The notes under the pieces were generated by a model. It saw only the letters and a list, made by a program, of their open reading frames with translations. It did not search any database and was not told the origin of the DNA. Both the position numbers and the translations under genes were made by a program. From contig CAVRRG010000035.1 of NCBI GenBank assembly GCA_963723365.1, positions 4,752 to 68,751 on the forward strand: a stretch of 64,000 nucleotides of DNA, in the 5' to 3' direction. Origin of the DNA: Calditrichota bacterium. Lineage in GTDB: Bacteria > Calditrichota > Calditrichia > Calditrichales > J004. This document shows, one piece after another, positions 9,148-18,453 of the stretch. Each line of letters begins with the position of its first letter. Position 1 is the first letter of the stretch.

Positions 9148-10029
9148 TCAAAACATCTTTGGTAGACGTGTATAATTTTTGAGGATTTCCGATATATCCG
9201 GATATTCATTTTCCAGCAGGGCGCTAATACTCTTTATCTCATAAGGTTCAATAGTGGCTTGCGATTCGATTCTTAAATTGATTTTCGTTTTTCCTGGGGC
9301 TGATTTATTATTTTCCTTAGTTTTCGTTTTTATTAATTCAACAAAGGCATCTTGCGGATCCAGAATTTTACTAATTTTAAAATTATAAAATTTGCACTGC
9401 TTATAAAACAGTTCTTGAATATAGCCATAATGTGTGCAACCAAGAAAAATCGAAATATCTTTCTTTTTAACTATTTTTTCCCGTGCCGATTTAAACATTT
9501 CATTAATGCGCTCTTGCACAGCAAGATCTTTAGAATTTGCTTCTATCAGAGAGGCTAAGCTTCCTCCGCAAACGGTTATTATGTTCTTGTCATTAAAACG
9601 GTAGGCGCCGGAGTTTATTGTGGTTTCTGTAGCAAAAATTAAAAGTGGCTCCTGCCCGCAAATTTGCTGGTGTTCAGAAATTTGCAATTTTGCGGGAGAA
9701 ATAATTTCCAGCACATGTTTATTGGTTTTGGAAAAAGCAGTTTTTGGATATAGTGCGGAAAGAGTATTGCAAGCAATTGCGATAACATCCGGATTATATC
9801 TTTCCTGCAAGGCCTCCAGTGCTGAGTTGAAGATACTAACCTTTTGCTCTTCGCTTTTCATCAAACTGTAGCCCATGCCGCTCTCCGCCAGGGCATTAAA
9901 AAAAATCAGGTCTATCTCTTTAAATGACCATGTTTTAATATCTTTTAAATAATGATAAAACTTTCCAAGAGAAGATAATCCGCCCAAACCCGAATCTGTG
10001 AAAACAACAGTAAATTTGGGAACGTTCAT
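9148..10029 (-). CDS. murI: Glutamate racemase
   Basis: Shows DSGLGGLS, IACNTLSA and LGCTHY motifs. The C-terminus is about 30 aa longer than usual. Confidence 0.75.
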   Translation of the reverse strand: MNVPKFTVVFTDSGLGGLSSLGKFYHYLKDIKTWSFKEIDLIFFNALAESGMGYSLMKSEEQKVSIFNSALEALQERYNPDVIAIACNTLSALYPKTAFSKTNKHVLEIISPAKLQISEHQQICGQEPLLIFATETTINSGAYRFNDKNIITVCGGSLASLIEANSKDLAVQERINEMFKSAREKIVKKKDISIFLGCTHYGYIQELFYKQCKFYNFKISKILDPQDAFVELIKTKTKENNKSAPGKTKINLRIESQATIEPYEIKSISALLENEYPDISEILKNYTRLPKMF

Positions 10030-10031
10030 GA

Positions 10032-10355
10032 TTACATACCGGAGTTTTCTTGATTAAGTTTGTCAGAAATAGCCATCTCAGTTTCGGCTTCCATAATCAT
10101 TCCCTTTTGAACATAAAGCCTTGATAGAGCAGTATGTGCTAAGGGATCTTTTGGATTTATTTTTATCCATTTTTTTACTATATCCATTGCTGTATTCACA
10201 TCACCCTGGCGATTGTAAGTCTCAGAAAGAGCACTATAAGCGGCTTCAAATTTTTCATCCATATCCAGAGCTTTTTGAAAGCAGTCTTTTGCATTTTCAT
10301 ATTCTTTTTGTGCAAAATGCTGAAATCCATTGGTTAGATATTCTTGTTTAGTCAT
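10032..10355 (-). CDS. TPR-repeat protein
   Basis: 107 aa with three TPR-like repeats (YENAKDCFQKALDMD, AAYSALSETY, ALSRLYVQKG). Confidence 0.7.
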   Translation of the reverse strand: MTKQEYLTNGFQHFAQKEYENAKDCFQKALDMDEKFEAAYSALSETYNRQGDVNTAMDIVKKWIKINPKDPLAHTALSRLYVQKGMIMEAETEMAISDKLNQENSGM

Positions 10356-10858
10356 TCAATATCCTGTTTATTAATGTTATGTGCGAAAGCGATTACTAAA
10401 GAATCTCCACTGTTGAAGGAAGTTATTTCCCGGTTCATACCGCCGAAAGTTGAATTTAGTTTCCCGAAATCCGGCATATAATTATTTAAGATCCAGGTTT
10501 GGCCATAAGCTGCCCATCTTTTTGCATCCACGGCAGCAGCGCGTTTTAATAACGCTTGGGCGATATTCTTGCCTGTTGCAGGATGCGTTTTCCTGGCACA
10601 GCCAAAGGTTATCAAAGCGTTATTATCTTTATAATACGATTTAGAAATAAGTTGCTTCCTGTATTCCAGGTTGCCGGGATTATTATTGACTTTTTGTTGC
10701 AAGTCAAAAAGTTCCTGTAAGGTTTCTTCCGAAATATCAGGAACGGAAAATACCGTATTCACTATTAAAGAGCTATCCATTTGTGCAGCGTTTTTTGGTG
10801 TTCTCTCTTGTTTACAGGAGAATACAGCAATCATTAAAAGAAGTAAGATTAATTTCAT
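10352..10858 (-). CDS. Lipoprotein, possibly LPP20-like
   Basis: Lipobox VFSC. ALLKRAAAVDAKRWAAYGQ resembles LPP20-family helices. The gene overlaps the downstream TPR gene by 4 nt. Confidence 0.55.
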   Translation of the reverse strand: MKLILLLLMIAVFSCKQERTPKNAAQMDSSLIVNTVFSVPDISEETLQELFDLQQKVNNNPGNLEYRKQLISKSYYKDNNALITFGCARKTHPATGKNIAQALLKRAAAVDAKRWAAYGQTWILNNYMPDFGKLNSTFGGMNREITSFNSGDSLVIAFAHNINKQDIE

Positions 10859-11295
10859 TATCTCATAAATTGATTAAGTACATAAAGTTAAGTACATTTC
10901 GGGCTAAAATATATTAAAATATAAATTAACACATAAAGGAGAAAAAAAGTAAAATAAAATTTGTTGTAAGGACAGAGTTTTTTGCAGGTAACGTTGATAT
11001 ATGCATTTATATTTTAAAGCATGTTTGTTATTGCAATATCTTCCATGAAATTTCATCGCGTTGATATCTCCGATAATTAAACATCACCGATACAAAGTTT
11101 TTTTAATTATATATCATCTTAAAATTATTCAAGTAGTATAGCAATATCATAAAACAGTAATATCTCCTCACGTCACATAATGTAAAAATGTGCAATTTCT
11201 GTTTTTTTAATTAAAACGTATTTCTTGCCTGAAACACTTTTCTTGTCCTTGCTATAATCAATACCGAAACACGAATATTTACTATAAGGACATTT

Positions 11296-12834
11296 ATGAG
11301 TAAAGAGATTATTATTAACTCAACTAACGAAGAAACACGCATAGTATTGCGTGAAGAGAGTAAAGTAGTGGAGTTATTCGTAGAAGCACCGGAACATGAA
11401 CGCATGGTGGGTGATATCTACAAAGGTAAAGTGAGCAGAGTGCTGCCAGGCATGCAGGCTGTTTTTGTTGATATTGGTCTGGAACAAAACGCCTTTCTAC
11501 ATTTTTCTGATGTAACCCCTCGTTATCAGGAGTTTTTTCAAAGCGCTGATTCTCAGCAAGAAAAGACAAAACGCGTTAAGCGAAAGTTTGAGTTTAGTGT
11601 AGAAAAAGATTTAAAAAAAGGAAATGATATCCTGGTTCAAATTGTAAAAGAACCTATAAGCACTAAAGGTTGTCGGATTACAAGTGAAGTAACATTGCCG
11701 GGAAGATTTGTTGTTTTAATTCCTAATCAGAAACACATTGGCATTTCCAGAAAGATATCAGAACAAAAGGAAAGAAGAAGGTTAAAAGATATAGCCAGGC
11801 AAATATTACCCAAAAACTTTGGGATAATTATACGCACGGTGGCAGAAGGTAAAAGCGATAAAGAGTTAAAAAAAGATATGAATGATTTACTTTCTGCCTG
11901 GAGAAATTTAGATAAGGAAATACAAATTAAAAAATCACCATCGCTGATATACAAAGATATGTCAATGGCCTCCAGTATAATCAGAGACCTTTTTACAACA
12001 GATGTAACCGAAGTGCATGTAGATTCTCGTAAAATGATGCGTGAGATATCGGCTTATGTAAAATATGTCGCACCGCATCTTGTCCATAAAATTACTTATT
12101 ACAAGGGCAAAGATCCTATTTTTGACCACTTCGAAGTTGAAAAAGAAATTGCAAAAATGATGGATGCAAAAGTATGGCTTAACAATGGCGGATATATAAT
12201 TATCCAGCCAACAGAAGCTATGATATCCATTGATATTAATAGCGGTAAGTTTATCGGTAAAAAAGATCATGAAAGCAATTCCTTGAAAATAAATCTGGAA
12301 GCGGCCCGCGAAATTGCCAGGCAAGCCCGCCTGAGAGATTTTGGTGGATTAATTGTTATAGATTTTATTGATGTGCTGGAAAAGGAAAATAAAAATAAAA
12401 TCTTTTTGGAGTTAAGAAAAGAATTCGCTAAGGACAGATCTATTACGAAAATTGAACCAATGAGTAGGTTTGGCTTAATTGAAATGACCAGGCAACGGGT
12501 TAGGCCGGAGGTAATTATGTCCATGTATGAGCCTTGTCGTAAATGTGAGGGTTCTGGTCTTGTACCAACAATTGCCACAACCGTCTCGCGCATCGAAAGA
12601 TGGATCCAGCGTTACCGCTCCACAAAAGGTGATCGTAGAATTTCACTTCAAATAACACCGGAAGTATACAGTTATCTAAATGAAGGACGCTATAGTAAAA
12701 GGTTGCGCCTCATGTGGAAATATTGGATGAAGATTATCCTTGTAAAAAATGAGCAGCTGGAAATTGGTGATTTTAAGGTGTATGATATTAAAAACAAAAA
12801 AAGTATCGAGTTAAAGGAACTAAAAGCTGCTTAA
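11296..12834 (+). CDS. rng: Ribonuclease G/E family endoribonuclease
   Basis: S1 domain GDIYKGKVSRVLPGMQAVFVDIGL, DNase-I-like IDINSGKF, and a CxxC Zn-link (CRKCEGSG). 512 aa fits RNase G size. Confidence 0.85.
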   Translation: MSKEIIINSTNEETRIVLREESKVVELFVEAPEHERMVGDIYKGKVSRVLPGMQAVFVDIGLEQNAFLHFSDVTPRYQEFFQSADSQQEKTKRVKRKFEFSVEKDLKKGNDILVQIVKEPISTKGCRITSEVTLPGRFVVLIPNQKHIGISRKISEQKERRRLKDIARQILPKNFGIIIRTVAEGKSDKELKKDMNDLLSAWRNLDKEIQIKKSPSLIYKDMSMASSIIRDLFTTDVTEVHVDSRKMMREISAYVKYVAPHLVHKITYYKGKDPIFDHFEVEKEIAKMMDAKVWLNNGGYIIIQPTEAMISIDINSGKFIGKKDHESNSLKINLEAAREIARQARLRDFGGLIVIDFIDVLEKENKNKIFLELRKEFAKDRSITKIEPMSRFGLIEMTRQRVRPEVIMSMYEPCRKCEGSGLVPTIATTVSRIERWIQRYRSTKGDRRISLQITPEVYSYLNEGRYSKRLRLMWKYWMKIILVKNEQLEIGDFKVYDIKNKKSIELKELKAA

Positions 12835-12953
12835 TTTTTGTTTATTTGTCTCTGTTTACAAATAATGCAAAATATATTTGAAAAGAGAAGCAAGGAACAT
12901 TAAATTAAAGGCTCGTTTTTACACAATTTTCAGAATGTTTTAGGAGTAATTAC

Positions 12954-13556
12954 ATGTACGCTATAGTTGAAATAGCAGGCAAGCAGTATCGTGTTGAAGA
13001 AAAGCGCCGTTTGCGGGTGCCTTTACTCGATATTGAAAGCGGAAAAAAAGTCGAGTTTGACAATATTTTAGTTTTTAACGATGACAAAAAAGTTCAGATT
13101 GGGACACCGACAGTATCCAAAGTAAAAGTTTCAGCTACTGTTATTGAACACAATCGTGAAAAGAAAATTGTTGTTTTTAAGAAGAAACGCCGCAAAGGCT
13201 ATCGGGTAAAAAATGGCCATCGCCAGGATTACTCGTTGATTATGGTTGATAAAATTGGCGCCGGTACTATAGCTAAAGCTGCCGAACCCAAAAAAGTGGA
13301 ATCGAAACCGCAAAAAGAAGCTGTCAAGGCGGCCACGAAAAGCAAACCAGCTGCAAGTACTGCGGCATCTGCAAAGCTGAAAACGCCTGCAGTGAAGAGT
13401 ACAGCAAAGGCAAAAGCGCCTGCTGTAAAGAGTGCACCCAAACCAAAAGCAAGCACAGCTAAGAAAACAACAACAAAAGCTGCTGCCAAGCCAACTGTTA
13501 AAAAAGCAGCAACACCAAAGGTAACAAAAGCTAAACCTAAAGATAAAAAGGAGTAA
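12954..13556 (+). CDS. rplU: 50S ribosomal protein L21 with a ~95-aa Lys/Ala/Pro-rich C-terminal extension
   Basis: MYAIVEIAGKQYRVEE...GHRQDYSLIMVDKI forms the L21 core. The tail (about 13263-13553) is low-complexity AKP-rich sequence. Confidence 0.9.
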   Translation: MYAIVEIAGKQYRVEEKRRLRVPLLDIESGKKVEFDNILVFNDDKKVQIGTPTVSKVKVSATVIEHNREKKIVVFKKKRRKGYRVKNGHRQDYSLIMVDKIGAGTIAKAAEPKKVESKPQKEAVKAATKSKPAASTAASAKLKTPAVKSTAKAKAPAVKSAPKPKASTAKKTTTKAAAKPTVKKAATPKVTKAKPKDKKE

Positions 13557-13560
13557 TTAA

Positions 13561-13818
13561 ATGGCACATAAGAAAGGTGTAGGAAGTTCCAGAAATGGCC
13601 GTGACAGTAATCCTAAAATGCTCGGGGTTAAAGCTTTCGGTGGGGAAAATGTTTCAGCAGGATCTATAATAGTACGTCAACGTGGCACAAGAATCCACCC
13701 TGGTGAAAATGTTGGTCGTGGTGGTGATGACACATTATTTGCTAAAATTGACGGTGTCGTAACATTTGAGAGAAAAGGTCGCGATAAAAAACAAGTCAGT
13801 ATTTACGCTAAAAATTAA
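13561..13818 (+). CDS. rpmA: 50S ribosomal protein L27
   Basis: [24 protein letters not shown]...RQRGT..HPG is a canonical L27 sequence. Confidence 0.95.
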   Translation: MAHKKGVGSSRNGRDSNPKMLGVKAFGGENVSAGSIIVRQRGTRIHPGENVGRGGDDTLFAKIDGVVTFERKGRDKKQVSIYAKN

Positions 13819-13840
13819 ATATTACTTTTATGAAATTTAA

Positions 13841-13872
13841 GGCCATCACAATTTTTGTGGTGGCCTTTTTTA
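13841..13872 (+). terminator. Rho-independent terminator after rpmA
   Basis: GGCCATCACA-ATTTT-TGTGGTGGCC forms a 10-bp stem with one G-T pair, followed by TTTTTTA. Confidence 0.75.
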
Positions 13873-13961
13873 TTTTATGAAAAGTTAGCTGATAAATGGA
13901 ACTATTGAATATCTTCCCGCCAACTCATACCTTTTGGATATATTAAACTACAGGAGATAAC

Positions 13962-14873
13962 ATGCTAAAGGTTATCACACTTCTTTTTCTTTATTCCCTT
14001 TTCGGGCAAGCCCAGGTTTTTCAGGAATTGGGTAGGTTTGGGGAAAAAGGAAGATTAAACGGTCAATTTAATAACCCTCAAGCCATTGCTGTTTCGCCTG
14101 ATAATACGTTATTTATTGTTGATACAGGTAACCATAGAGTTCAATTGTTTGACGTTGCTGGAAATTTTATAAAATCGGTTGGCGGTTTCGGATTCCATGA
14201 TGACCAATTTGATTCCCCACGAGATATCTGGGTCAATTCACTAATAAATATTTATGTATCAGATTATGACAACCGCCGGGTGCAGCGTTATGATAAGAAT
14301 ATGAATTTTATAAATAGTCTGCAAAATAATGATGGCGAAGAAACAGAATTTCAATTTGCAGAAATAGCCAGTTGTCTGGTTACATCACAAAATGACTTGT
14401 TTTTACTGGACCATGACGAATACAAAGTTATAAAGTTTAAGCGGGATGGTTCAGCGGAAAGATCATTTGGTCAGTTTGGGTCTGGAAAAGGAGAACTCAG
14501 TTATCCTCTTCAGATTGAATTATTTTCTTTTGATAAATTGCTAATAAGCGATCCAGAGGAAAAAGCACTATTAATATATGACTTTTTTGGGAACTTCATT
14601 AAAAAGATTCAATTTGAAGGATTTAAATATCCAAGTGGTATTGATGTAGATAATAAAAATAATATTTATATCGCGGATCCCGAAGCCAGGAAAATATTCT
14701 TTGTTGATAATAAAAATTATAAACTTTCTGAAATAAAGTTTTTACTAAAGTTGCGTTCGCCGAAAGATATTGTAATTAGTACTGTTAAAAATAAAGAATA
14801 TCTTTACATTATTGACGGGAATGAAATTATTTTTGGAACTTTGAATCATGCAAAATCTTCAGCTGGTCAATGA
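13962..14873 (+). CDS. Secreted NHL-repeat beta-propeller protein
   Basis: Signal peptide present. Repeated NHL-type blades are visible (NPQAIAVSPDNTLFIVDTGNHRVQLFD, SPRDIWV...YVSDYDNRRVQRYD, and others). Confidence 0.8.
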   Translation: MLKVITLLFLYSLFGQAQVFQELGRFGEKGRLNGQFNNPQAIAVSPDNTLFIVDTGNHRVQLFDVAGNFIKSVGGFGFHDDQFDSPRDIWVNSLINIYVSDYDNRRVQRYDKNMNFINSLQNNDGEETEFQFAEIASCLVTSQNDLFLLDHDEYKVIKFKRDGSAERSFGQFGSGKGELSYPLQIELFSFDKLLISDPEEKALLIYDFFGNFIKKIQFEGFKYPSGIDVDNKNNIYIADPEARKIFFVDNKNYKLSEIKFLLKLRSPKDIVISTVKNKEYLYIIDGNEIIFGTLNHAKSSAGQ

Positions 14874-17800
14874 CATTTTTTTTTAAAGCTTCTCTCTCCT
14901 TAATACTGCTTTTGATTTTTGTTTTTTGTCAAAATGTCTCAGGACAAATTATTTCGGCAAATCGCTGGCAAGTGGATTCTATGATCGTGGTCAATCAAGA
15001 AGAGTATAAATATGTCTTCCCTGCAAATCATAAATATCAAAAACAATCCTTATATATAAATAATAATAGAATTCCATTAGCTGAGGTAAGGGATTATATA
15101 TTTAACACACCAGAAATTATTGAATTTCGGCCGGCCCTAAAAGCAGGTGATTCGTTGCGGGTGCAGTATAGAAGGCTTCCATTTAACTTAAAATCGGTCT
15201 ATACATTATTTACCCGTGATACCATTTCCATAGCACCCGATGATTCAAGCGGTTCAGGTGCATCCCGGGTCAGGGTGCTGCCATCTGCTATTGTTAATCC
15301 ATTTGAAGATTTTGGCAGCGGACTGCAAAAAAGCGGTAGTATAATGCGCGGTGTGAATATAGGTACAAATAAAGACTTAACTTTAAATTCGGGTTTAAAT
15401 CTTCAGTTAAGTGGCCAGTTAACTGAAGATGTTGAAATAATTGCTGCTTTGTCAGATGAGTCCACGCCCATACAACCTGAAGGGAATACACAAACGTTGG
15501 AGGAAGTTGATCAGGTCTTTATCCAGTTCAAGAGCCCCTATATTGAAGGAACAGTTGGTGATATAAACCTGCAACAAAAAGGAACTGAGTTTGGCAATTT
15601 TTCCCGAAAGTTGACTGGATTATCACTTTTAGGAAAATATGATAATCAGTATCTGGGTACAACCTACGCAACTACACGAGGTTTTTTTAACAGGATTTCA
15701 ATCATTGGACAGGAAGGTAACCAGGGTCCTTATCAACTTTCAGGCAAAAATGGTGAAAGGGAGATAATTGTATTGGCCGGAACGGAAAATGTATTTGTAA
15801 ATGGAAAACCTGTATTGCGCGGTGAAAGCAATGATTATATTATTGAATATGCAAACGGACAGATTACCTTCACGAATAATTTACTTGTTACAAGCGAATC
15901 CCGGATAGATGTGGATTTTGAATATTTTCCGGCAATACAAAAATATAATCGCAGCGCATTAGGTGCTCTTACAGGAGGCTCGTTATTTAACAATAAACTT
16001 AAATATAATATCAGCTTTTATCAGGAAAAAGACGATATCAGTCAATCGCTTGGGTCGGAAGAAGATTTAACAAAAGAGGAAAAAGATATTTTAAAAAATG
16101 CTGGGGATGAATTTAGAAATGCTTTTACGGATGGTGCGACTTTTGTCGGAAGCGGTATGGGTAGTTATATAGTAAAGGATACTTTATATAATAATGAAAC
16201 TGTTTCAATTTATGAATACCGCGGCAGAAACCTGGGTGATTATAATGTAATTTTTACCAATGTTGGATTAGGACTGGGTGACTATAAAAGAGCCAGAACC
16301 GGGAAATATAGCTGGGTCGGAAAAGAGAAAGGTGCATATCTTCCTGTTAAATTAATTCCTTTGCCCCAGGAACAGCAGTTAACTGATTTATATTTGCAGT
16401 GGACTCCCTCCAAAGATATTTCTTTGAATACAGAATTCGCTATTAGTAATCTGGATAATAATACTTTCTCAGCTATAGGAAACAGTGATAACATTGGAAA
16501 TGCGTTTATTTTAAATTTTGATGCTAAAAACATAATGCCTTCTGTTTCAAATGTAAAATTAGGATCACTGAATTTTAGTGCTAAAACACGCATTATTCAA
16601 AATAATTATAAATCTATTGACAGATTTAACCAACCCGATTTTGAAAGATATTGGAATGTTCTACCGGGTGAGCAACAGAATAATCAGGAAAAAAGTATAC
16701 AGTTTAATACTCTCTATAAACCAATTATCGATCTTACATTTGGATTAAACGTCGGTGCCTTAGAAAAAAACAATCTTCAATCAAATAGATTATCCTCAAC
16801 ATTGGCATTCGATAAGACAGATTGGTTCAGATCCAATTTTGATTACGAAATAATTAATAGCACTATTACCACCAATGATATTGAAAATAATTGGACCAGA
16901 ATAAATGCAGATTTAGAAAAAGATATTTGGTTGTTTACACCCCAGCTATTATATCAATTTGAACATAGAAAAAATATGGAAGTGGATTTTACTAATGGTT
17001 TTAGATTTGATGATTATGGCATAAAAATGGGTCTTTTTAATTGGAAGTTTTTTTCTGGCTATAGTCAGTATAATGAACGCTATGATCAGGTATATGATGT
17101 TGAAAATAACGGCAGCCTGGTGCCACAGGCAACAACAAAAACTCAGAGGTATCACCTGGAAATTCAGAATATAAAAGAAACATCTGCCAGTTTTGAGTTT
17201 ATTAAGCGCAAAAAAGATTTTAAAACAAGATTTGAAAATATAAAGCAGGACACAGTAAAACTATTATATGCTGATGCGTCGGTACAGGATACAGTTTGGC
17301 AAGACAGGGAAACGAATCTTGCAGAATTGCAAGTGACACATTCCAGATGGAAAAAAGCAGTAAATGTGAATCTGCAATACAGGATTTCTACCGAACAAAC
17401 AGCTTTGCGTGAAAAAATTTACCTGGAAGTTGATGAAGGTCGGGGTAATTTGCGCTATGATGAAGACCTCGATGAATATGTACCTGATCCTGATGGAAAT
17501 TATGTATTATTTATTCTACCCAGTGGTACTTTTGAACCTGTTACAAAGCTGGAGTCGGCACTCCGTATAAGTTATGATCCTGCCCGCTATTGGAAAAAGA
17601 AATCATCTTCCGGTTGGAAAAAATTATTAATAAACTTTAGTGGCAGCAGCTATTTCAGAGTTGAAGAAGAAACAAAAGAAAAAGACCTGCTATCAATTTA
17701 TTTATTAAACCTTGATAAATTTCAAAAAGATCTAACCCTGCGTGGCACCTTAGTTTATGATCAGGACATATTTATAATGAAAAAGAACCGCAATCTAAAT

Positions 17801-18448
17801 TTCAGGTTATTGTACCGTTATAGAGACGATTTGTTTAACCAGTTCCTGGATGTCATAACTGTTTCAGATGACCAAAACGGAGTTACTGAAAATTCCAGTG
17901 AAAACGAAAACCGTCTTGTTATTGAGCGGGGTTTTCGAACTGATTGGCGTATCACGAACCAGGTAAAAAGCCAGAGTGAAATCAGGCAAAAAATGACCAA
18001 CAGAAAAAATGTTGTTAACACTAATAGAAATAGAAATATTGATGCACTTTTTTTAAATCAGAAGTTTTTTTATAAACCATCCAATAATTGGGAATACCGG
18101 CTGAACCTGGAATATGGTAACGAACAAAATACAGCGCAAAACTACCCATTAGAGCTGCAATTTGGTATAGGAAAATTAGAAGGAAATTACATAGTTGCCG
18201 GTAAAGGAAGGATAACTGCTGACTATGAACAACAGCTTGTGGAAGTTACCTCTAACCCCTTTAATAAAACGGTACCCTTTGAAATGGCGCGGGGGAAAAA
18301 GGAAGGTACTTCAAAGAAATGGCAGTTACGTGCGGAGTATACCATATCCAAAAACATATTATTTACTCTTCTTTACAGGGGCAGAGATGAAGCGGGGTTT
18401 GATCAAATAATTCATACAGGTCAGGCTGAAGTAAGGGCATTTTTCTGA
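14870..18448 (+). CDS. Very large (1192 aa) predicted outer-membrane protein, family unknown
   Basis: Signal peptide present. The start overlaps the NHL gene stop (ATGA). The C-terminal part has long alternating-polarity segments and ends in ...AEVRAFF, an OMP-type terminal Phe. Confidence 0.7.
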   Translation: MTFFFKASLSLILLLIFVFCQNVSGQIISANRWQVDSMIVVNQEEYKYVFPANHKYQKQSLYINNNRIPLAEVRDYIFNTPEIIEFRPALKAGDSLRVQYRRLPFNLKSVYTLFTRDTISIAPDDSSGSGASRVRVLPSAIVNPFEDFGSGLQKSGSIMRGVNIGTNKDLTLNSGLNLQLSGQLTEDVEIIAALSDESTPIQPEGNTQTLEEVDQVFIQFKSPYIEGTVGDINLQQKGTEFGNFSRKLTGLSLLGKYDNQYLGTTYATTRGFFNRISIIGQEGNQGPYQLSGKNGEREIIVLAGTENVFVNGKPVLRGESNDYIIEYANGQITFTNNLLVTSESRIDVDFEYFPAIQKYNRSALGALTGGSLFNNKLKYNISFYQEKDDISQSLGSEEDLTKEEKDILKNAGDEFRNAFTDGATFVGSGMGSYIVKDTLYNNETVSIYEYRGRNLGDYNVIFTNVGLGLGDYKRARTGKYSWVGKEKGAYLPVKLIPLPQEQQLTDLYLQWTPSKDISLNTEFAISNLDNNTFSAIGNSDNIGNAFILNFDAKNIMPSVSNVKLGSLNFSAKTRIIQNNYKSIDRFNQPDFERYWNVLPGEQQNNQEKSIQFNTLYKPIIDLTFGLNVGALEKNNLQSNRLSSTLAFDKTDWFRSNFDYEIINSTITTNDIENNWTRINADLEKDIWLFTPQLLYQFEHRKNMEVDFTNGFRFDDYGIKMGLFNWKFFSGYSQYNERYDQVYDVENNGSLVPQATTKTQRYHLEIQNIKETSASFEFIKRKKDFKTRFENIKQDTVKLLYADASVQDTVWQDRETNLAELQVTHSRWKKAVNVNLQYRISTEQTALREKIYLEVDEGRGNLRYDEDLDEYVPDPDGNYVLFILPSGTFEPVTKLESALRISYDPARYWKKKSSSGWKKLLINFSGSSYFRVEEETKEKDLLSIYLLNLDKFQKDLTLRGTLVYDQDIFIMKKNRNLNFRLLYRYRDDLFNQFLDVITVSDDQNGVTENSSENENRLVIERGFRTDWRITNQVKSQSEIRQKMTNRKNVVNTNRNRNIDALFLNQKFFYKPSNNWEYRLNLEYGNEQNTAQNYPLELQFGIGKLEGNYIVAGKGRITADYEQQLVEVTSNPFNKTVPFEMARGKKEGTSKKWQLRAEYTISKNILFTLLYRGRDEAGFDQIIHTGQAEVRAFF

Positions 18449-18453
18449 TGTGC

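Noticed and set aside
11045-11056. Perfect 12-bp palindrome ATGAAATTTCAT in the rng upstream region.
   Set aside because: It is entirely A/T-dominated in a spacer that is roughly 75% AT. Such palindromes are expected by chance, and no second copy or flanking context supports a function.
13229-13567. 112-aa minus-strand ORF rich in Ala/Phe/Leu/Val that looks like a membrane protein.
   Set aside because: It is the antisense reading of the Lys/Ala-rich (AAA/GCN) tail of rplU and is an artefact of the low-complexity repeat.
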